This document shows, one piece after another, positions 9,307-17,232 of a stretch of 64,000 nt of DNA. Source of the DNA: Betaproteobacteria bacterium UBA5216 (lineage in GTDB: Bacteria > Pseudomonadota > Gammaproteobacteria > Burkholderiales > SG8-41); NCBI GenBank assembly GCA_002412495.1, contig DHVE01000066.1, forward strand, positions 18,736 to 82,735, written 5' to 3'. The notes under the pieces are model-generated. The model ran no database searches. It was not told the origin of the DNA and was given only the letters and a program-made list of their open reading frames with translations. The position numbers were made by a program, and so were the translations under genes. Every line of letters starts with the position of its first letter. Position 1 is the first letter of the stretch.

Positions 9307-11349
9307 TCAAACCAACGTCAAATGCAAATACCCCAGCGCATCGTTATGCACCGTCGCCTTCGGCGGCACCACGGTGGTTGCATCCATTTGCTCGATGATT
9401 GCCGGCCCTGTCGCGCGCCAGTTTGGCGGCAATTGCTCGCGCTCGTAAACAGGCGTCTGCACAAACCCGGTCTCTGGAAACCACACACGGCGTTTTTCCG
9501 TAACCAATTGTTTATTAATGTGTTTTTTATTCTTTTGCACAGCAGGCAACGCCTTGCGCGCGGCGGTCACCACCAGCCGCAGGTTGACGATTTCCACTGG
9601 CTGCGCCGGCATGTCGTAACCGTAAAACGCCTTGTGGCGGCGATGGAATGCCGTCGTCAATCGCTTGAGACTCGCCGCGCTTAAACGGTCACTCGCCAGT
9701 GGCATGATCAACTCGAAATTCTGGCCGAAGTAACGCAGGTCAACCTGCCATTCGAACTTGGCCCTCTGTTCACTTTCGCCGCGCAGCCATGCGATGCCGC
9801 GTTGTTTCAGATCGGCAAATCCCGCGTTGAATGCCTTTAAGTTTGCACTCTCCGCGCGCAGCAACCGCGTCAAACTGAAATCGCCGCGCACATCGGCGTG
9901 CAGCAAGCCGATGGCCGACAACAGACCGGGCCGCGGTGGCACCAGCACTTTGCCCATGCCCATGTTGCGCGCCACGTCCGCCGCGTGCAGCGGCCCCGCG
10001 CCGCCGAACGCCACCAGCGTGAAATCGCGCGGGTCTTCGCCCTGCTCGACCGAGATCACGCGCACCGCGCCCATCATGTTGACGTTGATGATTTCCAGCA
10101 CGCCCGCGGCGGCCTTGACCGCATCCACCCGCAACGATTTCGCCAACGCATCAATGGCCGCGTGCGCCTTGTCCGGATGCATCGCCATGCGCCCGCCAAG
10201 CAGCGACTTGGGGCTCAGCCGCCCGAGCGTGACATTAGCGTCGGTCACGGTGGCCTTGGTGCCACCCCGTCCATACGCCGCCGGCCCTGGATAAGCGCCC
10301 GCGCTCTGCGGCCCCACCTTGAGCAAGCCGCCCGCATCGATCCATGCTATTGAGCCGCCGCCCGCGCCGATGGTATGAATGTCGAGCGTGCGTGTGCGCA
10401 CCGGAAAGCCACCCATCTGGCGCTCGCTTTTTTTCGCCGGCTCGCCGTCGCGTATCAGGCACACGTCGGTAGACGTACCGCCCATGTCGAACGCAATCAG
10501 GTTCGGCGCTTTGAGCATGCGACCGAGACCGACCGTGCCGATGACGCCGCCCGCCGGTCCGGAGAAAAACGTATTCACCGGCATCTTGCGCACCGCGCCC
10601 GGCGACACCGCGCCGCCGTTGGACTGCATCACGCGCGGCGTGTGCGGTATGCCCAGCGCCGCCACGCCCTTTTCAAATTGCGACAGGGCGTGATCCATGA
10701 TCGGCATCAGGCTCGCGTTGACCGCCGCCGTGGAGAATCGCTCGAACTCGCGAAACTCGCCCAGCACTTCGCTCGAGGTGCACAGATAAATTTCCGGCCA
10801 CAACGATTTGACCAGCGCCCGCGCGCGTTCCTCGTGATCCGCGTTCGCATAGGCGTGCATGAAGCAGATCGCCACCGCCTCGACCTTTTTCGTCTTCAAT
10901 ACCTCCACCGCGCGCCGCACATCGTCTTCCATCAACGGGGTGACCACGGCACCATCCGGCGCCACGCGCTCATTCACTTCGAGCCGGCAATCGCGCGGCG
11001 CCGGCGGCATGGGCTTGGGGATATCCAGATTGAAGTAGTGCGGGCGGCGCTGGCGCGCGAGCTCCAGCACGTCGCGAAACCCCGACGTGGTGATGACACC
11101 GGTGCGCGCCCATTTGCCTTCGAGCACCGCGTTGGTGGCAAGCGTGGTGCCCAGCACCAGAAACGCCACGTCGCGGCGCGCGATGCCGTTTTGATCAAGC
11201 AGTTCGGCGATGCCGTCGAGTATGCCGCGCGCCGGATCACCCGTGGTGGTGGGCACCTTGTGATAATAGTGGCGCCCGTTGCCGAGATCAGCGGCAACCA
11301 GATCGGTGAAGGTGCCGCCGGTGTCTATGCCTACGAATAGCTTGCTCAC
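9307..11349 (-). CDS. hydantoinase/oxoprolinase family protein (HyuA-like subunit)
   Basis: It has GIDTGGTFTD at the N-terminus and a second AFDMGGTSTD ATPase-fold motif. The start codon is GTG. Confidence 0.85.
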   Translation of the reverse strand: MSKLFVGIDTGGTFTDLVAADLGNGRHYYHKVPTTTGDPARGILDGIAELLDQNGIARRDVAFLVLGTTLATNAVLEGKWARTGVITTSGFRDVLELARQRRPHYFNLDIPKPMPPAPRDCRLEVNERVAPDGAVVTPLMEDDVRRAVEVLKTKKVEAVAICFMHAYANADHEERARALVKSLWPEIYLCTSSEVLGEFREFERFSTAAVNASLMPIMDHALSQFEKGVAALGIPHTPRVMQSNGGAVSPGAVRKMPVNTFFSGPAGGVIGTVGLGRMLKAPNLIAFDMGGTSTDVCLIRDGEPAKKSERQMGGFPVRTRTLDIHTIGAGGGSIAWIDAGGLLKVGPQSAGAYPGPAAYGRGGTKATVTDANVTLGRLSPKSLLGGRMAMHPDKAHAAIDALAKSLRVDAVKAAAGVLEIINVNMMGAVRVISVEQGEDPRDFTLVAFGGAGPLHAADVARNMGMGKVLVPPRPGLLSAIGLLHADVRGDFSLTRLLRAESANLKAFNAGFADLKQRGIAWLRGESEQRAKFEWQVDLRYFGQNFELIMPLASDRLSAASLKRLTTAFHRRHKAFYGYDMPAQPVEIVNLRLVVTAARKALPAVQKNKKHINKQLVTEKRRVWFPETGFVQTPVYEREQLPPNWRATGPAIIEQMDATTVVPPKATVHNDALGYLHLTLV

Positions 11350-11399
11350 TTATCAACTCTGAATAATGGATGGAAGAGGCGAAATACTGAATTGGAGAA

Positions 11400-11421
11400 T
11401 ATCACGCACGCGTTTGTGATA
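11400..11421. promoter_or_regulatory. dyad TATCAC-N10-GTGATA in the divergent hyuA / prpD-like promoter region
   Basis: A 6-bp perfect inverted repeat lies 35 nt upstream of the prpD-like ATG. No cognate regulator was identified. Confidence 0.25.
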
Positions 11422-11455
11422 GCGTTTCAACTCTCATCCGCCGGAGATTCATATT

Positions 11456-12907
11456 ATGGCCGCACCAAACGTAAAAGAACTGTTCGCCGCAAAAACCCTG
11501 CCGCTACCCGACGGCTACAGCCGCGCGTTATGCGCCACCATCGCAGGCTGGACTTACGACACGCTGCCCGCCCCCGTGCTGCACAACGTGAAGGCGCTGA
11601 TCCTCGACACATTGGGCGTGATCGGCGGCGCGGCCCACGCGCCGGGCATTGCGGAACTAAACACGCGTCTGTCACGTTGGGAAAAAACCGGTTCCGCCAC
11701 CGGCTTGATCGGCAAACGGCGCTACTCACCGCCCACCGCCGCCATGGCCAATGGCGCGGCCGCGCACGCACTGGATTTTGACGATCAGCACGATCCCGCG
11801 CGCGTGCACACCAGCGCCGTGGTGCTGCCCACGCTGCTCGCCACCGCCGAGGATTTGTCGGCCGAAGGCAAGCCCGTCAGCGGCAAGGAATTCATGCTCG
11901 CCTACGCCATTGGCGCGGAACTCCACGCGCGCCTCGGCCTTGCCTGCTACAACAGTCTGGGCAAAGGCTGGCATCCGACGATGATTTTCGGCACGGTGGC
12001 GGCCGGCGTCGCCGCGGGCAAATTGTTGAAGCTCGACGCCAACGGTCTCGCCAACGCACTCGGCATGGCGTTTCATCAGGCCAGCGGCTCCGCGCAAAGC
12101 ATGCGAGACGGCGTGTTGTCTAAACGCCTCGGGCCGGGCTTCGCCGCGCGCAACGCGGTAATGGGCGCGTTTCTCGCCGCCGACGGATTGACCAGCACGC
12201 GCGGCACGCTAGAAGGCAACGCAGGCCTGTTCGCGCTGTATGAACGCAACGAAGTCAAACCGGAAATCCTCACCGATGGCCTCGGCAGCGATTGGCGCGT
12301 GGCGGAATACAGCTTCAAGCCGTATCCGTGCTGCCGCTGCAACCACACACCCATCGGCATCGGCATCCAAATGCACCAGCAGGGCGTAAAACCCGCCGAT
12401 GTCGCCGCCATCGAAATCGGCATGGGCAACGTCAACTGGCTCACCGTCGGCGCGCCGTACGAACCCACACGCAACGAAGTCGTACACGCGCAGTTCAACA
12501 GCAGCTACAGCTTTGCCTGCGCGCTGCAAGACGGAAAAGTGGATTTACACAGCTACCGCAAACCGGCCATCACCGACAGCGGTATCGCCGCACTGACTGC
12601 AATCACCAAAGTCGTGGATGACCCGGCGATCGACCCCACCGCCATCGAACCCGCGCGCGTCAAACTCACGCTGAAATCCGGCAAGGTCATCGAACTCAAA
12701 CGTGAAACCGTCAAAGGTAGCCCGCAAGACCCGATGAGTGACGCCGAAATGCGCGGCAAAGTGCGGGGGTGTCTGGAATTTGGGTTGGGCGCTAGTGCTG
12801 CGGATGTGGAGCGGTTGGCGGATGTGGTGGCTGGGCTGGAAAAATCGGGGGATGCGGCGAAGGCTATTCTGGATGCTTTCCCTGCGCAAAAAAAGCCCGT
12901 CATTTGA
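11456..12907 (+). CDS. MmgE/PrpD family protein (2-methylcitrate dehydratase-like)
   Basis: About 480 aa with a PrpD-like layout (ALDFDDQHD, ..SFKPYPCCR..). The ATG has GGAG upstream. Confidence 0.8.
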   Translation: MAAPNVKELFAAKTLPLPDGYSRALCATIAGWTYDTLPAPVLHNVKALILDTLGVIGGAAHAPGIAELNTRLSRWEKTGSATGLIGKRRYSPPTAAMANGAAAHALDFDDQHDPARVHTSAVVLPTLLATAEDLSAEGKPVSGKEFMLAYAIGAELHARLGLACYNSLGKGWHPTMIFGTVAAGVAAGKLLKLDANGLANALGMAFHQASGSAQSMRDGVLSKRLGPGFAARNAVMGAFLAADGLTSTRGTLEGNAGLFALYERNEVKPEILTDGLGSDWRVAEYSFKPYPCCRCNHTPIGIGIQMHQQGVKPADVAAIEIGMGNVNWLTVGAPYEPTRNEVVHAQFNSSYSFACALQDGKVDLHSYRKPAITDSGIAALTAITKVVDDPAIDPTAIEPARVKLTLKSGKVIELKRETVKGSPQDPMSDAEMRGKVRGCLEFGLGASAADVERLADVVAGLEKSGDAAKAILDAFPAQKKPVI

Positions 12908-12935
12908 CGGCCATTTCACATTTAAGCCTCATACG

Positions 12936-13478
12936 ATGCACTCCACCAACCTCGCAGAGTTGATTCCACTTCTTGAAGAGCGCATAGGCGTCACCCCGGG
13001 ATTCTTTGAACGCCTCGACACTGACGACGATACCGACTGGGCCTTTGTCATTAAGCTGCATGCACTTATCGAAGCCGCGATATCGCATCTACTGGCAATG
13101 GAATTGAGAAGGAACGAACTTGAAAAGGTATTTTCTCGCCTGGATATTAGTAACAAGCACACTGGCAAAGCAGCCTTCGTAGAGGCATTGGAGTTACTAG
13201 ACAAGCCGGCTAGAACCTTCATGCACTCGTTGTCTACGTTACGAAATTCACTTGTGCATGACGTCAAAAATGTGGATTTCGATTTGGAGAAATATGTATC
13301 GGAAATGAGCGACCAGAAAAAGAAACAATTCGTTTTAGATTTCAACCTTCTTTCGACAGAAGTCACTAATGACATTCGAAAACTTTTTCTAGTTGATCCA
13401 AGACAAGCGCTTTGGTATTCGGGAATGGCGTTTCTTGGATTGGTGTATCTCAAAATTCGCCCATCAATATCTCACTAA
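12936..13478 (+). CDS. hypothetical protein in an AT-rich insertion, with a possible HEPN-like domain (R-x4-H motif)
   Basis: This is a 180-aa ORF with clearly lower GC and A/T-ending codons compared with the flanks. It looks predominantly helical, with LSTLRNSLVHD (R103..H108). The part of the track ORF upstream of ATG 12936 overlaps the prpD-like gene and was discarded. Confidence 0.6.
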   Translation: MHSTNLAELIPLLEERIGVTPGFFERLDTDDDTDWAFVIKLHALIEAAISHLLAMELRRNELEKVFSRLDISNKHTGKAAFVEALELLDKPARTFMHSLSTLRNSLVHDVKNVDFDLEKYVSEMSDQKKKQFVLDFNLLSTEVTNDIRKLFLVDPRQALWYSGMAFLGLVYLKIRPSISH

Positions 13479-13523
13479 TGAGGTTTTACTCAAACATCAG
13501 GTTTTAACTCCAAGGAGTGCGCC

Positions 13524-13859
13524 ATGAGCGAAGGCGATGTGAAACAACTATATGAAATGCCCGTAATTGACGGGAAAAAGGTCATGGTCTTTGAGTGTGG
13601 AAGGCCCCCAGTAAACGAATTTGGGGACGCAGACATTGCCGCATTCGCGGCCGACACTTCGCCGAATAGGGATGTTTACTACGAAGCCAGCGACATGACC
13701 GTAGAATGGTTCAAGTCGCCCTTCTACGTCGGTAGAACGCCGCCGACTCATGCGGAATTAGCCTTTCAACTGCGGAAATGGCATAGCGAAAGACAAACTA
13801 AATTCATCATCGGAGCAGTCGTTGGCATTTTTATCCTGTACTTGCTTTTTAAGCAATAA
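13524..13859 (+). CDS. hypothetical small tail-anchored membrane protein (AT-rich insertion)
   Basis: A strong AAGGAG lies 6 nt before the ATG. The protein is 111 aa with a soluble N-domain and a single C-terminal hydrophobic helix (FIIGAVVGIFILYLLF). It has the same atypical composition as the upstream ORF. Confidence 0.65.
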   Translation: MSEGDVKQLYEMPVIDGKKVMVFECGRPPVNEFGDADIAAFAADTSPNRDVYYEASDMTVEWFKSPFYVGRTPPTHAELAFQLRKWHSERQTKFIIGAVVGIFILYLLFKQ

Positions 13860-13942
13860 AAGACCACTTGCAGAGCCTGGTTTGATCGTAGGTCCATATA
13901 TCGTATCAGCAAATATTCGACGCCGAGGGCGATTGAGCGTTG

Positions 13943-13969
13943 AAAAAAACCCAGTGCAATAAACACTTG
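13943..13969 (-). terminator. weak hairpin plus T7 run downstream of the HTH regulator gene
   Basis: The minus strand reads caagtgtttattgcactgg followed by TTTTTTT, 12 nt after the stop at 13981. The stem is short and imperfect. Confidence 0.35.
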
Positions 13970-13980
13970 TACCCAACGGT

Positions 13981-14718
13981 TCACCCCGCCGCCCCCCGCC
14001 ACAACTTCCCAAACGCCGCCGGTTCCCAAGGCCGCACCGCCATACACAAACTGATCGACTCGCGCTGCTCCAGCGGCAACCATGAATCCGCGTTGTGCTG
14101 CTCGGCGTATTCGAGCGCCAACTGCTCCAAACGCGCCAGCAGCGCCACGCGCGCCTCGGCGGACACGCGCACGTTCACGATGCGCAGCATCTCGCCCGGC
14201 TGCATGAACGGGTAATTGAAATAGTCGCCCGCCTGCTGTTTGGTCCAGCGCATGATCGGGCCGTCGGGTATCCACTGAAAGGTGCGCGCGACCAGCAGGC
14301 GGTAGTGGTTGTTCTCCTGCAAATCCAGGAAACCGATGCGGTCGAGCTTGGCCAGCAGGCCGATGCATTGCGTTTGTGAAATATCGTAGACGCGCACGAT
14401 GTCGGTGATGGGCATGTTGCCCATTGCGCACACGGCGACGATCAGCAGCCGCAGGTCATCGACGAGTTCCTGCTCCTGCGCCTGGGTGAGCCGCGTGATG
14501 AGGCGCGCGGTTCGCGGCGCGCCGCGCGCGATCTCCGCGATATCCACCTGCACCACGGCGCACAGTTCTTCCAGCCGCGCGAGCGTGCAGTCGCGCGTGG
14601 AGAAAATGCGCTTCACGGTGGATTCGGAAATTTTCAGCACCTTGGCGACATCGCGATACGTCAGCCCGCGCGCGCGGTAATGCGCCTTCAGCCCCTCGAA
14701 CAGATAAGCGGTGCTCAT
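13981..14718 (-). CDS. helix-turn-helix (XRE-like) transcriptional regulator with an uncharacterised C-terminal domain
   Basis: The N-terminal segment LTYRDVAKVLKISESTVKRIF is a classic HTH. The start is ATG. Dyad operators lie in its upstream region. Confidence 0.75.
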   Translation of the reverse strand: MSTAYLFEGLKAHYRARGLTYRDVAKVLKISESTVKRIFSTRDCTLARLEELCAVVQVDIAEIARGAPRTARLITRLTQAQEQELVDDLRLLIVAVCAMGNMPITDIVRVYDISQTQCIGLLAKLDRIGFLDLQENNHYRLLVARTFQWIPDGPIMRWTKQQAGDYFNYPFMQPGEMLRIVNVRVSAEARVALLARLEQLALEYAEQHNADSWLPLEQRESISLCMAVRPWEPAAFGKLWRGAAG

Positions 14719-14749
14719 GTTGTCTTCGGCCGGATTTCGATGCGGCTAA

Positions 14750-14770
14750 AAGTATCATAAAACGATACTT
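14750..14770. promoter_or_regulatory. perfect dyad AAGTATC-N7-GATACTT (candidate operator 1)
   Basis: A 7-bp perfect inverted repeat sits in the AT-rich divergent region between the HTH gene and the small membrane protein gene. Confidence 0.55.
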
Positions 14771-14795
14771 ATTGGTAATTAAAATCTACTTTTTG

Positions 14796-14811
14796 AGTAT
14801 AAATTGATACT
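14796..14811. promoter_or_regulatory. dyad AGTAT-N6-ATACT (candidate operator 2)
   Basis: It uses the same half-site as operator 1 and lies 26 nt downstream of it. Confidence 0.5.
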
Positions 14812-14879
14812 ACGACACACCATCGGCACACTGCGCCCGTGTTCTTAACCAACCACGCAACCCCGGAAAGGAAGCAACC

Positions 14880-15161
14880 ATGAGCGCGAATACGATGGCA
14901 AATACAAACGTGATGGGCACGATGATGAAAGTTGGCCCGTTGCTCGGGCTGACGGGCGGCATGGCCGCGCTGACGGCGATTCCCAACGCGGAAGCCAAAC
15001 TCTTCACCAGCGCCATGATGCTCGCGGTGGCTGTTGGCGGCGCAATGCGCAAATACCTGTTTGCCGCGCCGGTGATCGTGGCACTAGAACCGGGCGACTA
15101 CCCGTTCAATACACAAACCGCGAATCCGTGGGAGCGTGATGGCGGCCCGGCGGGGTTGTGA
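14880..15161 (+). CDS. hypothetical small membrane protein
   Basis: The ATG is preceded by GGAAAGGAAG. The protein is 93 aa with two hydrophobic segments, and the gene is divergent from the HTH regulator. Confidence 0.55.
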   Translation: MSANTMANTNVMGTMMKVGPLLGLTGGMAALTAIPNAEAKLFTSAMMLAVAVGGAMRKYLFAAPVIVALEPGDYPFNTQTANPWERDGGPAGL

Positions 15162-15212
15162 GCGTGGGCGTCGGACTGGCATGAACGGGTGGCAATCCAT
15201 ACGGTGTCTGAA

Positions 15213-15256
15213 GTGACACTGTGTTATGGATTCCCGCCTTCGCGGGAATGACGGGG
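15213..15256. repeat. single REP unit, copy D (cactgtgttatggattcccgccttcgcgggaatgacggg)
   Basis: It matches the REP hairpin and flank of copies A and C in reverse orientation. It lies between convergent genes. Confidence 0.8.
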
Positions 15257-15414
15257 GTGATTTTTCGAAGCAACCAAAGCACCGTGCCTGCGAGAAAATG
15301 CTCCTGAAAGCCGCCGTGCAACGCAGCCGCCGGGCTGCCCCCGGCGAACTGGGTGCTGATGTTCAACAAATGCAGCAGTAGCGCAATAGAAGTTGCGCCC
15401 CACATCACAACACT

Positions 15415-16410
15415 CTAATCCGGCTTCAACCCAATCTTCCGCGCCACATTCCCCCACAACTCCATTTCCGCCTTAACAAACCGCGAAAATTCCTCCGCCG
15501 AACTGCCCACCGGAATCGCGCCCTGCGCGGAAAGTTTCTCCGCCACGTCGGGCATTTTGACAATGCGCGCGATTTCGCCGGCGAGTTTATTGAGCACGGG
15601 CTTGGGCACATTCGCGGGCGCGAACACGCCGTACCACTCGCTGGTATCGAAATTCGGCACGCCGGCCTCCATGAACGTGGGCACGTTCGGCAAGCCAGGC
15701 GAACGTTTGGCCGAGGTGGTGGCGATGGCTTTCAGGCGTCCGGCGTTGATGTGCGCCAGCACACCCGGTGGGCCGCTGATCAAAAACTGAATCTGTCCGG
15801 CAATCATGTCGGTGATGGCGGGCGCGCCGCCTTTGTACGGCACGTGCTGGATGTTGAGGCCCATGTTGAGCTTCAACAATTCCATCGACAGATGGCCCGA
15901 GGTGAGTTGCCCCGGCGAGCCGTAGTTCAGCGTGCCGGGCTTGGCCTTGGCCAGCGCGATGACTTCTTTCAGATTGTTCGCGGGCACGCCGGGGTGCATG
16001 GTCATCACGCCCGGCACCGCGACCATCTGGCTCACCGCCTGCAAATCACGCTCGGTGTTGTAGGGCAGATTTTTCAGCACATACGGATTCACCGCCGTGG
16101 GCGTCAGCAAAGTGCCGATGGTGTAACCGTCGGGCGGCGCTTTGGCCACCAGATCGGTGGCAATGGTCATCACGCCGCCGGGTCGGTTATCGACGACGAC
16201 TTGCTGGCTAAAGGCATCGGCCATTTTTTGCGCGACGATGCGGGTGACGATATCGGTGGTGGAACCCGCGGGCACCGGCACCAGAAAACGGATCGGGCGC
16301 GCGGGGAAATTCTGCGCCTGCGCCGGCATAGTAATCGTGGTTGCCGATAGCGCACCCACGGCGGCGATCATGGCTGTAGTGAAAAAGGCGCGTTTTGTGG
16401 TGCGTGGCAT
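15415..16410 (-). CDS. Bug family (TctC-like) substrate-binding protein
   Basis: Signal peptide (..TMPAQAQ), plus the motifs DNRPGG, PPDGYT and VPYKGGAP. The ATG has GGGAGA upstream. Confidence 0.85.
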   Translation of the reverse strand: MPRTTKRAFFTTAMIAAVGALSATTITMPAQAQNFPARPIRFLVPVPAGSTTDIVTRIVAQKMADAFSQQVVVDNRPGGVMTIATDLVAKAPPDGYTIGTLLTPTAVNPYVLKNLPYNTERDLQAVSQMVAVPGVMTMHPGVPANNLKEVIALAKAKPGTLNYGSPGQLTSGHLSMELLKLNMGLNIQHVPYKGGAPAITDMIAGQIQFLISGPPGVLAHINAGRLKAIATTSAKRSPGLPNVPTFMEAGVPNFDTSEWYGVFAPANVPKPVLNKLAGEIARIVKMPDVAEKLSAQGAIPVGSSAEEFSRFVKAEMELWGNVARKIGLKPD

Positions 16411-16540
16411 GTTGTTCTCCCGGGACGCTTGCAGTTTAACAACAGCCTTGCCGCGTCACAATGTGTGCCGCCCGCGCTGCTTGTCTGCCAACGGGCGCGC
16501 AAACCGATGGCAGAGCAAGAATTTGCGAAACGTCAGTGGC

Positions 16541-16572
16541 AAAAAAAACGGGGACTGCTCGTCCCCGTTTTT
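16541..16572. terminator. bidirectional intrinsic terminator
   Basis: The hairpin cggggac-tgctc-gtccccg is flanked by A8 on one side and T5 on the other. It lies 17 nt downstream of the stop of the 16589-16948 gene. Confidence 0.8.
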
Positions 16573-16588
16573 CACGCTGTCTTGCCGG

Positions 16589-16948
16589 TTACTTGGCCGG
16601 TGCGGGAGCGGGGGCCGGCGCGGCATCCGCCTTGTCGCCGCCTTTCTTGCCGCCTTTTTTACCGCCCTTTTTGCCATCGGATTTTTTGCCGTCGCCCTTC
16701 TTGGCCTTGGATTTGGCCTTGCCTTTCTTGGCCTTGTCGCCTTTGGGCGCGTCGTCTTTCGAGCTTGCCGTGGCCGGGGTGGCGGGCGTGGCCGGGGTCG
16801 CCTTGGCAGCGTCACCCTTGGCCGGCGCTGCCGGCGTCGCCGGTTGTGCCGGGGCTATGGGCTGAGAAGGTTGCGGCGCCTGGGCGGCGGCGGTAAACGT
16901 GGTTGCCGCAAAAATCGTGGCGATCAGCGTGGACAGAAATTTGGTCAT
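16589..16948 (-). CDS. secreted low-complexity Ala/Pro/Lys-rich protein
   Basis: AGGAG precedes the ATG. A signal peptide (..TFTAAAQA) is followed by (P/A/T)-rich and KKGGKKGGKKGG tracts. A terminator lies downstream. Confidence 0.7.
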   Translation of the reverse strand: MTKFLSTLIATIFAATTFTAAAQAPQPSQPIAPAQPATPAAPAKGDAAKATPATPATPATASSKDDAPKGDKAKKGKAKSKAKKGDGKKSDGKKGGKKGGKKGGDKADAAPAPAPAPAK

Positions 16949-17232
16949 TTATATACTCCTGGGTCGGCGGTACGGTTATGGGTGGAATTCTTGTTGATAC
17001 GTTGACAAGTTTAGCAAGTCTGCCCGGATCGCCGGGTCGCAAGGCAAAAACGCGCCAACCGCGCGACCGGTTGACCGCCCGCGACGCAATGGCACGTGGC
17101 ACGCGCGGCTATCGCGGCATGAAAATGGTAGGATTGCCGTCCTCGCTGATTCGGGCCGCTGTTTCGAAGCGCTGCGCCGGACTTCCGCAAGTTTTAGCTC
17201 CCTCATTTTACTCAACGACCACAGGAACTCTC

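Noticed and set aside
12738-12935. N-terminal 66 codons of the track ORF 12738-13478
   Set aside because: This part overlaps the 3' end of the prpD-like gene in another frame, has host-like high GC and gives a Trp/Arg-rich translation. The compositional break and the first ATG in the AT-rich part are at 12936.
12908-13980. Treating the AT-rich insertion as a classical genomic island, prophage remnant or IS
   Set aside because: I could see no integrase, transposase, tRNA target, terminal inverted repeats or flanking direct repeats. I kept it only as a compositional insertion of unknown origin (see findings).
15106-15408. 100-aa minus-strand ORF downstream of the Bug gene
   Set aside because: Its C-terminal half is simply the translation of REP copy D (..VIPAKAGIHNTV..). 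The same peptide artefact appears at the other REP copies (8680-9264 and 31516-31860).
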